Below, in pieces: positions 10,637-23,349 of a DNA stretch of 64,000 nucleotides. Origin of the DNA: Eledone cirrhosa (Eukaryota); contig OZ024740.1 of the NCBI GenBank assembly GCA_964016885.1, positions 26,288,001-26,352,000 on the forward strand, written 5' to 3'. The position numbers were made by a program, and so were the translations under genes. Every line of letters begins with the position of its first letter. Positions within the stretch are counted from its first letter, which is position 1. The notes below the pieces were generated by a model, which saw only the letters and a list, made by a program, of their open reading frames with translations, was not told where the DNA came from and did not search any database.

Positions 10637-13600
10637 ATAATAATAATAATAATGAAATTATTGTGTACAGTGCTCAGGTGAACTACAACTCATCAAATGT
10701 GCATGTTTAGTACAGAGAATACTGTACAAATGTCAGGGAAGTCAATAGTGTATGACTTATGATATACATGTGTGCGTGAGTATGGAGGGGGAATATTAGG
10801 TGTGGTGTTGGCGAATCTCAGGATGCATGGAAGTTTTAAAGGATGCAGTGTCTCGACAGCTAACAACTGATGCAGGTAGTTTGTTCCATGGAGGTTTTAA
10901 AGGATGCAGTGTCTCGACAGCTAACAACTGATGCAGGTAGTTTGTTCCATGGAGGTTTTAAAGGATGCAGTGTCTCGACAGCTAACAACTGATGCAGGTA
11001 GTTTGTTCCATGGAGGTTTTAAAGGATGCAGTGTCTCGACAGCTAACAACTGATGCAGGTAGTTTGTTCCATGGAGGTTTTAAAGGATGCAGTGTCTCGA
11101 CAGCTAACAACTGATGCAGGTAGTTTGTTCCATGGAGGTTTTAAAGGATGTAGTGTCTCGACAGCTAACAACTGATGCAGGTAGTTTGTTCCATGGAGGT
11201 TTTAAAGGATGCAGTGTCTCGACAGCTAACAACTGATGCACGTAGTTTGTTCCATGGAGGTTTTAAAGGATGTAGTGTCTCGACAGCTAACAACTGATGC
11301 ACGTAGTTTGTTCCATGGAAGTTTTAAAGGATGCAGTGTCTCGACAGCTAACAACTGATGCACGTAGTTTGTTCCATGAAGGTTTTAAAGGATGTAGTGT
11401 CTCGACAGCTAACAACTGATGCAGGTAGTTTGTTCCATGGAGGTTTTAAAGGATGCAGTGTCTCGACAGCTAACAACTGATGCACGTAGTTTGTTCCATG
11501 AAGGTTTTAAAGGATGTAGTGTCTCGACAGCTAACAACTGATGCAGGTAGTTTGTTCCATGGAGGTTTTAAAGGATGCAGTGTCTCGACAGCTAACAACT
11601 GATGCAGGTAGTTTGTTCCATGGAGGTTTTAAAGGATGTAGTGTCTCGACAGCTAACAACTGATGCACGTAGTTTGTTCCATGGAGGTTTTAAAGGATGC
11701 AGTGTCTCGACAGCTAACAACTGATGCACGTAGTTTGTTCCATGGAGGTTTTAAAGGATGTAGTGTCTCGACAGCTAACAACTGATGCACGTAGTTTGTT
11801 CCATGGAAGTTTTAAAGGATGCAGTGTCTCGACAGCTAACAACTGATGCACGTAGTTTGTTCCATGAAGGTTTTAAAGGATGTAGTGTCTCGACAGCTAA
11901 CAACTGATGCAGGTAGTTTGTTCCATGGAGGTTTTAAAGGATGCAGTGTCTCGACAGCTAACAACTGATGCAGGTAGTTTGTTCCATGGAGGTTTTAAAG
12001 GATGTAGTGTCTCGACAGCTAACAACTGATGCAGGTAGTTTGTTCCATGGAGGTTTTAAAGGATGCAGTGTCTCGACAGCTAACAACTGATGCACGTAGT
12101 TTGTTCCATGGAGGTTTTAAAGGATGTAGTGTCTCGACAGCTAACAACTGATGCACGTAGTTTGTTCCATGGAAGTTTTAAAGGATGCAGTGTCTCGACA
12201 GCTAACAACTGATGCACGTAGTTTGTTCCATGAAGGTTTTAAAGGATGTAGTGTCTCGACAGCTAACAACTGATGCAGGTAGTTTGTTCCATGGAGGTTT
12301 TAAAGGATGCAGTGTCTCGACAGCTAACAACTGATGCACGTAGTTTGTTCCATGGAAGTTTTAAAGGAAGCAGTGTCTCGACAGCTAACAACTGATGCAC
12401 GTAGTTTGTTCCATGGAGGTTTTAAAGGATGTAGTGTCTCGACAGCTAACAACTGATGCAGGTAGTTTGTTCCATGGAGGTTTTAAAGGATGCAGTGTCT
12501 CGACAGCTAACAACTGATGCACGTAGTTTGTTCCATGGAGGTTTTAAAGGATGCAGTGTCTCAACAGCTAACAACTGATGCAGGTAATTTGTTCCATGGA
12601 GGTTTTAAAGGATGCAGTGTTTCGACAGCTAACAACTGATGCAGGTAGTTTGTTCCATGGATGTTTTAAAGGATGCAGTGTCTCGACAGCTAACAACTGA
12701 TGCACGTAGTTTGTTCCATGGAGGTTTTAAAGGATGTAGTGTCTCGACAGCTAACAACTGATGCACGTAGTTTGTTCCATGGAAGTTTTAAAGGATGCAG
12801 TGTCTCGACAGCTAACAACTGATGCACGTAGTTTGTTCCATGAAGGTTTTAAAGGATGTAGTGTCTCGACAGCTAACAACTGATGCAGGTAGTTTGTTCC
12901 ATGGAGGTTTTAAAGGATGCAGTGTCTCGACAGCTAACAACTGATGCAGGTAGTTTGTTCCATGGAGGTTTTAAAGGATGTAGTGTCTCGACAGCTAACA
13001 ACTGATGCAGGTAGTTTGTTCCATGGAGGTTTTAAAGGATGCAGTGTCTCGACAGCTAACAACTGATGCAGGTAGTTTGTTCCATGGAGGTTTTAAAGAA
13101 TGCAGTGTCTCGACAGCTAACAACTGATGCAGGTAGTTTGTTCCATGGAGGTTTTAAAGGATGCAGTGTCTCGACAGCTAACAACTGATGCAGGTAGTTT
13201 GTTCCATGGAGGTTTTAAAGGATGTAGTGTCTCGACAGCTAACAACTGATGCAGGTAGTTTGTTCCATGGAGGTTTTAAAGGATGCAGTGTCTCGACAGC
13301 TAACAACTGATGCAGGTAGTTTGTTCCATGGAGGTTTTAAAGAATGCAGTGTCTCGACAGCTAACAACTGATGCAGGTAGTTTGTTCCATGGAGGTTTTA
13401 AAGGATGCAGTGTTTCGACAGCTAACAACTGATGCAGGTAGTTTGTTCCATGGAGGTTTTAAAGGATGCAGTGTCTCGACAGCTAACAACTGATGCAGGT
13501 AGTTTGTTCCATGAAGGTTTTAAAGAATGCAGTGTCTCAACAGCTAACAACTGATGCAGGTAATTTGTTCCATGGAGGTTTTAAAGGATGCAGTGTTTCG

Positions 13601-14432
13601 ACAGCTAACAACTGATGCAGGTAGTTTGTTCCATGGATGTTTTAAAGGATGCAGTGTCTCGACAGCTAACAACTGATGCACGTAGTTTGTTCCATGGAGG
13701 TTTTAAAGGATGTAGTGTCTCGACAGCTAACAACTGATGCAGGTAGTTTGTTCCATGGAGGTTTTAAAGGATGTAGTGTCTCGACAGCTAACAACTGATG
13801 CAGGTAGTTTGTTCCATGGAGGTTTTAAAGGATGCAGTGTCTCGACAGCTAACAACTGATGCAGGTAGTTTGTTCCATGGAGGTTTTAAAGAATGCAGTG
13901 TCTCGACAGCTAACAACTGATGCAGGTAGTTTGTTCCATGGAGGTTTTAAAGGATGCAGTGTTTCGACAGCTAACAACTGATGCAGGTAGTTTGTTCCAT
14001 GGAGGTTTTAAAGGATGCAGTGTCTCGACAGCTAACAACTGATGCAGGTAGTTTGTTCCATGAAGGTTTTAAAGAATGCAGTGTCTCGACAGCTAACAAC
14101 TGATGCAGGTAGTTTGTTCCATGGAGGTTTTAAAGGATGCAGTGTTTCGACAGCTAACAACTGATGCAGGTAGTTTGTTCCATGGAGGTTTTAAAGGATG
14201 CAGTGTCTCGACAGCTAACAACTGATGCAGGTAGTTTGTTCCATGGATGTTTTAAAGAATGCAGTGTCTCTACAGCTAACAACTGATGCAGGTAGTTTGT
14301 TTCATGGAGGTTTTAAAGGATGCAGTGTTTCGACAGCTAACAACTGATGCAGGTAGTTTGTTCTATGGAAGTTTTAAAGGATGCAGTGTCTCGACAGCTA
14401 ACAACTGATGCAGGTAGTTTGTTCCGTGCTTC
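10637..14432 (-). mobile_element. 5'-truncated CR1/L2/Jockey-group LINE 3' end carrying a 61-bp array
   Basis: Minus strand encodes WNKLPASVVSCRDTASFKTSMHPEIRQHHT*, matching the WNxLP..SFK ORF2 C-terminal motif, then a 3' UTR and a (TTA)n tail at 10637-10652. Confidence 0.75.
10827..14425. repeat. 61-bp tandem array (~59 copies)
   Basis: Unit catggaggttttaaaggatgcagtgtctcgacagctaacaactgatgcaggtagtttgttc, head-to-tail with no spacers. Confidence 0.97.
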
Positions 14433-14434
14433 TA

Positions 14435-14700
14435 TTCTTCTTATTATTATTCTTCGCCCACTTATTTCTAAGAGTAACGTAGGGTCAGAATCCTGAAACA
14501 CTCCTTCAAGCGGCTCCAGTCAGACCGAAAATTCTCCAACTGGTCCGACTGAATACCCAAGCATGACCAGCCAAACTTATGGATGTTATCCAACAATCTT
14601 GCTCCATGTCTACGCCTGAGACTCCTATCGGTTGGTTTTGCCGGGAAATAGATTCATAATGTTTTTTAACGTTTGCCTAAGATGTACCTAAATCGAAGTA
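14435..14700 (-). mobile_element. RTE-clade LINE 3' end remnant
   Basis: Minus strand encodes ..RRRHGARLLDNIHKFGWSCLGIQSDQLENFRSDWSRLKECFRIL.. (RTE-like C-terminus), followed by a GAA/TAA simple-repeat tail. Confidence 0.55.
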
Positions 14701-14787
14701 GCAAGAACATTTCTGGTAGGTACGAATAAACTGCGAGGTTTCTCTGCGATCTAAGAATATATTATAAATCTGCGTACGATATGAGAT

Positions 14788-14970
14788 AATTGTTTCTACT
14801 TTTGGCACAAGGCCAGCAATTACTCAGTGTGTTACTGGTACTTTATTTTATCGACCCCGTAAGGATGAAAGGCAAAGTTAATCTTGGCGGGATTTGAACT
14901 CAGATTGGCAAGGGCCGTAACTCTATGCGTCAAAGCATGGCGTCCGACCCTCTACCGATACTGCCAATCT
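14788..14970 (-). mobile_element. SINE S1
   Basis: Near full-length match to the other S1 copies. Confidence 0.85.
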
Positions 14971-15349
14971 CCTGAGTACGATATGAGATAATGTAAGGAT
15001 ACCTGATATGTATGTAAGTTTGACATGATCTGACACAGTCTGGCAATAATAGAATAAATTTGGTAACAATTCTCACAGTCCTACGGAACTCCATTCTACG
15101 TGGTTGTGCAACTACCCATTAACCGCACTCACACATACATTCTTAGGGTAACCACAGTTAGTAAGGTAATCAATACATTAGAAGAGTGTAAACTTCATGC
15201 TTAATTTAGAAATGGCTTCAACAGGACTAAAACTGTTTCATACAAAATAAATCATCAGGTAAGAGGTACAAACTGTGTATATATGTACAATCATACGGAT
15301 TGAACACTACCGTAAACTCTTGGTAGATTTATCTACATATATATATATA

Positions 15350-17127
15350 TACATTATGAAGAGAGAAGAAACATTTAGATATAATTAGTAATAAAATGTA
15401 TCATACCTAAACTGTTCCTAAATTCCTCGACTACGTAGTTTCGTGGCATAAACAAAAACAATATATGAAAGATATAGAGTCCTTGCGAGGTCTGCCGACT
15501 TATCAAGAGGATACCTCATTTTACTAGTCTCAAGAACGCGTCTACACGACGTGAGAAAGAATCCCAAAAGGCGGAGGGGGAGATAGTCACGCGATATAAC
15601 GGTCGAGAAACAGAGCTAAGCCTCTTATAACCACGAAGAAAATACCACGGAGGCGGAGGGGGCATTCATATCGAGGCCGTAGAAGAGGTAGTGAAGAAGG
15701 CGAGAAGTATGAGTAATGGAAGCTTTCCAATTGTCCCCACACTTCAAAGATTGCTCGACCAGAGGGAGTTATTAATATATTTAGAAACACACAGATACAT
15801 GCGGACACACACATATATACATGAATGCATCCGCACCCAACTGTGAGTTAAGGGTGCCAACTTCACCGATGTTGCTCAATGAATGACTGGGACAGACCAA
15901 TTCAGTTTGAACCAGACTGAACCAGTATCAGAGTTAAAATACATTATGAAGAGAGAAGAAACATTTAGATATAATTAGTAATAAAATGTATCATACCTAA
16001 ACTGTTCCTAAATTCCTCGACTACGTAGTTTCGTGGCATAAACAAAAACAATATATGAAAGATATAGAGTCCTTGCGAGGTCTGCCGACTTATCAAGAGG
16101 ATACCTCATTTTACTAGTCTCAAGAACGCGTCTACACGACGTGAGAAAGAATCCCAAAAGGCGGAGGGGGAGATAGTCACGCGATATAACGGTCGAGAAA
16201 CAGAGCTAAGCCTCTTATAACCACGAAGAAAATACCACGGAGGCGGAGGGGGCATTCATATCGAGGCCGTAGAAGAGGTAGTGAAGAAGGCGAGAAGTAT
16301 GAGTAATGGAAGCTTTCCAATTGTCCCCACACTTCAAAGATTGCTCGACCAGAGGGAGTTATTAATATATTTAGAAACACACAGATACATGCGGACACAC
16401 ACATATATACATGAATGCATCCGCACCCAACTGTGAGTTAAGGGTGCCAACTTCACCGATGTTGCTCAATGAATGACTGGGACAGACCAATTCAGTTTGA
16501 ACCAGACTGAACCAGTATCAGAGTTAAAATACATTATGAAGAGAGAAGAAACATTTAGATATAATTAGTAATAAAATGTATCATACCTAAACTGTTCCTA
16601 AATTCCTCGACTACGTAGTTTCGTGGCATAAACAAAAACAATATATGAAAGATATAGAGTCCTTGCGAGGTCTGCCGACTTATCAAGAGGATACCTCATT
16701 TTACTAGTCTCAAGAACGCGTCTACACGACGTGAGAAAGAATCCCAAAAGGCGGAGGGGGAGATAGTCACGCGATATAACGGTCGAGAAACAGAGCTAAG
16801 CCTCTTATAACCACGAAGAAAATACCACGGAGGCGGAGGGGGCATTCATATCGAGGCCGTAGAAGAGGTAGTGAAGAAGGCGAGAAGTATGAGTAATGGA
16901 AGCTTTCCAATTGTCCCCACACTTCAAAGATTGCTCGACCAGAGGGAGTTATTAATATATTTAGAAACACACAGATACATGCGGACACACACATATATAC
17001 ATTGGTCTGTCCCAGTCATTCATTGAGCAACATCGGTGAAGTTGGCACCCTTAACTCACAGTTGGGTGCGGATGCATTCATGTATATATGTGTGTGTCCG
17101 CATGTATCTGTGTGTTTCTAAATATAT

Positions 17128-17128
<1 letters not shown>
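15350..17128 (-). mobile_element. Second retrozyme-like array of the 590-bp unit (~2.8 copies plus inverted segment)
   Basis: Units start at 15350, 15940 and 16530. 17001-17128 is an inverted piece of the unit. HHRs at 15424-15511, 16014-16101 and 16604-16691. Confidence 0.88.
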
Positions 17129-17164
<36 letters not shown>

Positions 17165-17280
17165 CTGTTAAATTTTCCGAAGAAAAAGCAAAGGAAAAAA
17201 GAGTGCTCTATGTATAATACAGAGCTATTTAATTAGAAAGTAAACAACACAATATATATGTGTGTGTGCGTGTGTGTGTG

Positions 17281-17315
<35 letters not shown>

Positions 17316-17325
17316 TTATACATAT

Positions 17326-17670
17326 AGTGGTTAGAGAACTGGTTGTGAGATCAAGACCTGGTGATGAGTTGTGTCCTTGGGCAAGATACATTATTTCAGC
17401 TGTGGAAATGTGTTATAAATGGCTTATTGGCCTTTGACTCTCCCTTGGACATATCATATATAGTCTGTATATGGTGTGTGTAAAATATATAAGATATATA
17501 TGATTAGAGATGTCTTTGGGGCCAAACTACATCTGTCTCTGCCGTTTCTTTGCGCCACATCGTTGGTATGGAGGGGAGAGCCGGCTATACATCAGAGATT
17601 GATGCTCGTGCACAAATCATATTGACCTGGATCGTGTGTCGGTGGAGAATTTTGTAATGGCAAAACGCGT
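17326..17670 (+). mobile_element. Diverged tRNA-derived SINE (different family)
   Basis: tagtggttagagaac..gagatcaagacctgg..ttgtgtccttgggcaagatacattattt head and core pattern. Confidence 0.55.
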
Positions 17671-17994
17671 AGTAATTTGTGTGTGTATGTATGGGTGTGT
17701 TTATGTGCGTGAGTGTATGTGTGTGTGTGTGTGGGGGGGTCTATATGTGTGTGTGTATGTCTGTGTATATGGGTGTGTGTATGTGTGTGTGTGTATATAT
17801 GTGGGTGTGTATATGTGTGTGAGTGTATGCGTGATTGTGTGGAGGAACATTAACAAAGAGAAGAACAGAGAACAAACAAAAAGAAGGCAAAATGAAAAAC
17901 AACATTTTTAATGTGATCTTAAAAAATAATTAAAAAACAAAAATACAAACGAAAGTCACAGAACTCCAGAGGTTTTAGATGTTGAGATGGACTG

Positions 17995-18033
<39 letters not shown>

Positions 18034-18036
18034 GAA

Positions 18037-18156
<120 letters not shown>

Positions 18157-18400
18157 TTTGATTTATTGATTTATTGATATTTTTTCTGAGTGTCCCGAAT
18201 CTTCCAGATCGCAATTTTTCGGTCGTACGGTTGATTATAGACTTGTTCTATGTGTGACGGTATTTTAACGATAGTTATAGCTCTGTTTTATCTGAATTAT
18301 TGAGCCCTCTGCCGCTCATTTCGAATTTTGTTTATCGTGAACTCGTGCGCCGATTTTTCGATACTCGATTATTCTACTATATATATATATATATATATAT

Positions 18401-18972
18401 TATAAAATAACAGGAGGCTGGACTGGTGTAAATCCTTGAAAGGTTTATTATACTATGATCATTTCAATGATCGGGTTCAGTATGAATCCGGTGACATCAT
18501 CAGGTAATTCAAAATATAACAAAGGAATATAACAGATGAAATCCATGGTGCTGAAAATCAGAGACAAGAGGGCGACCGACAATTTAGCAGCTTGCGCCCC
18601 CGCCCAACCAGATGGTCATAAGTAGACTTAATAATCAACACTTGAGGGCGGCCGACACAACTAGAAGCTACTAAATTATCGGTCGCCCTCTTGTCTCTGA
18701 TTTTCAGCACCATGGATTTTATCTGTTATATTCCTTTGTTATATTTCGAATACCTGAACCCGGTCATTGAAATGATCATAGTATAATAAACCTTTCAAGG
18801 ATTTACACCAGTCCAGCCTCCTGTTATTTTATAATAATTAACTCCGTACTCATACCTCCATCTACACAAACGAAGACGAGTGAGTTGCATTACGTTGAGT
18901 GCTCTCCCTAATATTACATCGAGGTTGACCATACGGAATGACCAGTTCTATCCAGTGGTGAACCAACAGACC
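18401..18972. mobile_element. HHR-bearing family B, tail-to-tail inverted insertion
   Basis: 18401-~18590 is the reverse complement of ~18670-18833. HHR at 18450-18507 (-): CTGATGA..GAAA tgatca TA gtat. Another copy at ~37797-37950. Confidence 0.8.
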
Positions 18973-19181
18973 TATATATATATATATATATATAATGATT
19001 ATGTGTATATATACATATGTAAAATGTGAACAGAAATAATAACACAATCGGTACAGTATATGGATGGGATATCCCTGCGAGAATGAGGGGATCATTCTAG
19101 TCGCATGGCTTATAAAAAGTATGTTCGCATAATTGCAAACCAATCGAATATAATTATTATTAATCCAAAAACTCAGATTGC

Positions 19182-19226
<45 letters not shown>

Positions 19227-20067
19227 CACACACATATATAATGATTATATATATAAATATAGAGAGAGAGACAGAGAGAGGCAGAGAGAGAGTATATACG
19301 GTTGCGAACAAACGAATGGATAAAGCATTCGTCACAATTCTGTCAATATAAACAGACTGTTACCATATATATATATGTTTGATTGTGTGTGTGTGTGCGT
19401 GCGTGTGTGTGTATGTGTGTGTGTGTGGGTGTGTGGGTGTGTGTGTGTGTGGGTGTGCATGTGTGAATGTGACTGAATGTGTAGGGGTGGGGTCTATAAT
19501 ATATAGCAGACATAATATATCTTCACTTAAAATTCGGTAATATTTTTTCCAGGTTGGAATATATGTATGCAGGAGTTATATCCCTTACTTATGAAATACT
19601 GTCAACATTACCTTCGCATATATGTCGAAAGCTATGTTAACATGCCAGTTTGAATAGCCACGCATTATAGTGTCACAGTCTATATAGTAATAAATAGAAC
19701 GGGAATTTCATTCATTACATGAGATAAAATATTTCTTTCAAAGAAACAGAAGGAAATTAATTATTTAAGTGATTACATATGTTCTCATATTTTTCTTTCT
19801 GTATGTAAATATATATAAAAATATATATAACAAACAATTAGTTTATCGCTCTATGTGTATATATATATATATGTGGGTGTCTGTGTGTGTGTGTGTGTGA
19901 ATGTGTGTGTGTGTGTCTGTGTGTGTGTGCCTTCATATGTTATATGTATATATCTAACTAGTTTTGTTGAATTCATTACTATATAAAATAACGTTGCCCG
20001 TGCTTTAGCAATATATTTTGTATCTTTTATCACTTCTCTACATCCGTAGGCTATCCACCCATACCTA

Positions 20068-20371
20068 TACATACATAAAAACATACATACATACAGAAAA
20101 ACATTCATACATACATACAGAAAAACATACATACATAAAAACATACATACATACATACAGAAAAACATACATACATAAAAACATACATACATACAGAAAA
20201 ACATTCATACATACATACAGAAAAACATACATACAGAAAAACATACATACATACAGAAAAACATTCATACATACATACAGAAAAACATACATACATACAT
20301 ACAGAAAAACATACATAAATACAGAAAAACATACATACATAAATACAGAAAAACATACATACATACAGAAA
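20068..20371. repeat. Compound (CATA)n/CAGAAAAA minisatellite
   Basis: Repeated acatacatacatacagaaaa units. Confidence 0.85.
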
Positions 20372-20895
20372 AATAATATGAAAGAGTACTGGTGGAATGT
20401 TCCAGTAAAAACCCCAATAAAATGCAGGCATAACAGACCAGATATTATGATATGGGACAGGGAAAAGAAAGCATGCAAAGTAGTAGATATAAACCTGTAA
20501 TTATTGGGGCACTGGGATATTTTAGTAACTGCCTCAATACAAATCTTGAGAAGTTGGGCTTCACAGGAACAGAAAGAACACAACTAGTTACGAAATTACA
20601 AGTACAATCCATTAATGTAACAGTAAAAATATGTAAAATATTCCAAAAATGTTGCATCTAATAACTGCATATACACATGTAGAGATACTAAGCATATACA
20701 CATGCACACATACAACTCAAAACATACACATCCACGCAAACAATAACATCCATATCTACACATGCATGCAGACATACATATCTACATAGTTGTTGTTGTG
20801 TAAATTCCAATGAGAGAGTCTTGTGTCTATGTTAGAAACCGACTCTCTCTCTATTGGTAAAACCTTTTGAAATTATAAAACCAGAAGAACATACA
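20372..20895 (+). mobile_element. R4/Dong-like non-LTR retrotransposon 3' end (restriction-like endonuclease), internally deleted
   Basis: EYWWNVPVKTPIKCRHNRPDIMIWDREKKACKVVDI..PVIIGALGY..KICKIF: RPD..D/E RLE motif. 3' UTR ends agaagaacatacatac. Confidence 0.8.
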
Positions 20896-20904
20896 TACAA
20901 CTAT

Positions 20905-21451
20905 ATATGATGATTGCTGCCTCCTCGTTATCGAGTATGGCCATTGCACGATATACCATTATTAATAATTATTAATTAATTCTATTAATTAATTCTATCG
21001 AGCAATGCCTGTGCGTGAAGATATTTTTAAAGTGAGGAAAGACTGTGCACTGAGCCAATCCCACTCTCTGAGCGACAGTAGCTATAACCCGAAAAGAAGA
21101 AAGATCAACATCTTTCGTAACTATTGAGCCGCAGGTTTTATATCGGAATTCTCCCAGTTTCCTGAGTTGCTTCTCCTAGAAGAATGCCCTGACAAATGCT
21201 AGGTGTCCTTCACTCCCAGTGGTTTAACCGCGGGGTACACGTGTATGTACATATTTACACATTTTTGGATGGTCGTTGACTCTTATGAGTTCTTCCACCC
21301 TTTGTCAGGTTTTGTTTTTTGTCCTGCAGGGTGTCCAAAATCACCCTTCTTACCTAAACTTGGTGGGGTTGCCGTTCAGTCGCCGACGACCCGACTATGC
21401 GACAGTTTGTACTGAATTACATGTTACCAGTAGCACTCAAGAGTGACCCGA
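20905..21451 (-). mobile_element. RTE-like non-autonomous element
   Basis: Shares ~270 bp with 5292-5580. Bounded by simple repeats. Confidence 0.5.
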
Positions 21452-21479
21452 CATATACATACATACATACATACATAAA

Positions 21480-21512
<33 letters not shown>

Positions 21513-21721
21513 GCATACATACATAAAAACATACATACATACACATACATACATGCATACACACACATACATACGAACAGACAGACAGACATATACAGGG
21601 TTCCCCACCCCCATAATATATACACACTTTGATTACCTGTACAGCAATATTTATTAGAATGCACAGCTTCTCCATAATACAATTCAATGTAAACCCCCAG
21701 AAGTGTTTACATAATAGAAAT

Positions 21722-21848
21722 AATTGTTTCTACTTTTTGGCACAAGGCTAGCACAAGGCCAGCAATTACCCAGTACATTACAGGTACTTTATTTTATCGA
21801 CCCCGTAAGGATGAAAGGCAAAGTTAACCTCGGCGGGATTTGAATTCA
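21722..21848 (-). mobile_element. SINE S1 (3' part)
   Basis: Core and tail match S1; truncated at the B box. Confidence 0.8.
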
Positions 21849-22012
21849 TATAAAACAGAATTTATTTTTTTGTGAATTTTTTTGCTATTGACATGTGTAG
21901 GGTTTTGGGAACACAATGTTTGCATATATATATGTGTGTGTGGGTCTGAGTGTGTGTATGTGTGACTGTGTGTGTGTGTGTGGGGGTGTGGGTGTGGGTG
22001 TGTGTTGTAATT

Positions 22013-22259
22013 CTGAAGGAAAAGCAACGGAAAAAAGAGTGCTCTATGTATGGAACAGAGCTATTTAATAAGAAAGTGAACAACACAAAATATAACTACT
22101 CCATTACAAAAGGTTTCTGGATCCAAACAATATTAATATATCTGCATCGGTCATCAAACAGTGATACTGTCTGACGACCGATCCATACGTATATTAATAT
22201 TGTCTGGGATCCAGAAACCTTTGGTAATGGAGTAGTTATATTTTGTGTTGTTCACTTTC
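22013..22259. mobile_element. HHR-bearing family C fold-back
   Basis: 22073-22162 is inverted relative to 22166-22259. CTGACGA ccgatcc..ggatcca GAAA cctttgg TA atgg at 22167-22230. Relatives at ~38270-38372 and ~17170-17252. Confidence 0.7.
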
Positions 22260-22303
<44 letters not shown>

Positions 22304-22351
22304 AGGAGGTTATAGTTCACTTGAAGCATTGTGTAATGAGGTATAAACGTT

Positions 22352-23184
22352 AGAATATGTGTAATAAGGCCAAGACAATGCAGATATGGACATAGAAAAA
22401 GAATGCAATAGTGAGAGATATTGGTGAGAATTAGTCTTTCACCTTGAATTTATTTAAATGTCCATAATTTTCGAGATAATATCTCTTCTTCGGAGGGAAG
22501 TAAAAGTCTCAGACCAGCGTCTAAATTTATAAACATAACAGTTAGGATAGAAACTAAAGAAAGAAACCTCGGTAATCTTAGAATCAAGGAAGCACTCATT
22601 ATAGATAGAACACATCCACCAATCAATAATAGACTAGAGCTCAACACCCAATTTATAACCTGATAGGGCCTCTAGCCCCACTTTACACACCCCACACACA
22701 CGCACGCACACACCCCCACTTATTCTCTCTCACACATACACACACAAAACCAGTTCTAACACCAGATAACACCTACCCCCCACTTTTACGATTAGACCTA
22801 TCTTCCCACACTCACACACACACACATACCTACACCTTCATGCTTTCTCCCACACATACAGGCACGCATATAAAATTTACATAACACAACAAAAACATAA
22901 ACAAACCCCTCTTAAAGGGAGACTACTCTTTACCCACCTAATTTTAATTCTTTGATATTAAAGTTAGAACTCTATACTATTTCCGGTCAGCATGGCTTCA
23001 TTGGAAATTTAGACGCTGGTCTGAGACTTTTACTTCCCTCCGAAGAAGAGATATTATCTCGAAAATTATGGACATTTAAATAAATTCAAGGTGAAAGACT
23101 AATTCTCACCAATATCTCTCACTATTGCATTCTTTTTCTATGTCCATATCTGCATTGTCTTGGCCTTATTACACATATTCTAAC

Positions 23185-23190
<6 letters not shown>
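22352..23190 (+). mobile_element. 5'-truncated Penelope-like element: inverted pLTR, GIY-YIG C-terminus, 3' UTR, pLTR
   Basis: ~22535-22663 encodes ITVRIETKERNLGNLRIKEALIIDRTHPPINNRLELNTQFIT* (E..I....P.IN motif). 22352-22529 is the reverse complement of ~23005-23190. HHR-like CCGAAGA a-gagata-t-tatctc GAAA at TA lies in the repeat. Confidence 0.75.
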
Positions 23191-23229
<39 letters not shown>

Positions 23230-23313
23230 AAAGTTAAACAGAAATAACAACCCAATCGCTACAGTATATGAAAGGAATATATTAGGTTAACGCTTCAAAT
23301 AGCAGGAAGAGGG

Positions 23314-23349
23314 TCTTAACGTTTCGGACGCTAGTCCTTTACCAGAAGA
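23314..23349 (-). ncRNA. Degenerate minimal hammerhead motif
   Basis: Minus strand reads tt CTGGTAA a-ggac-tagc-gtcc GAAA cg TT aa. Two core substitutions. Confidence 0.45.

Noticed and set aside
10827-14425. 61-bp array (and the 44- and 45-bp arrays) as CRISPR
   Set aside because: Head-to-tail repeats with no unique spacers, no cas genes, eukaryotic context, and units derived from LINE or SINE sequence.
15222-15266. Minus-strand CTGATGA..GAAA cag TT motif
   Set aside because: Helices I and II do not pair convincingly. At best a decayed HHR.
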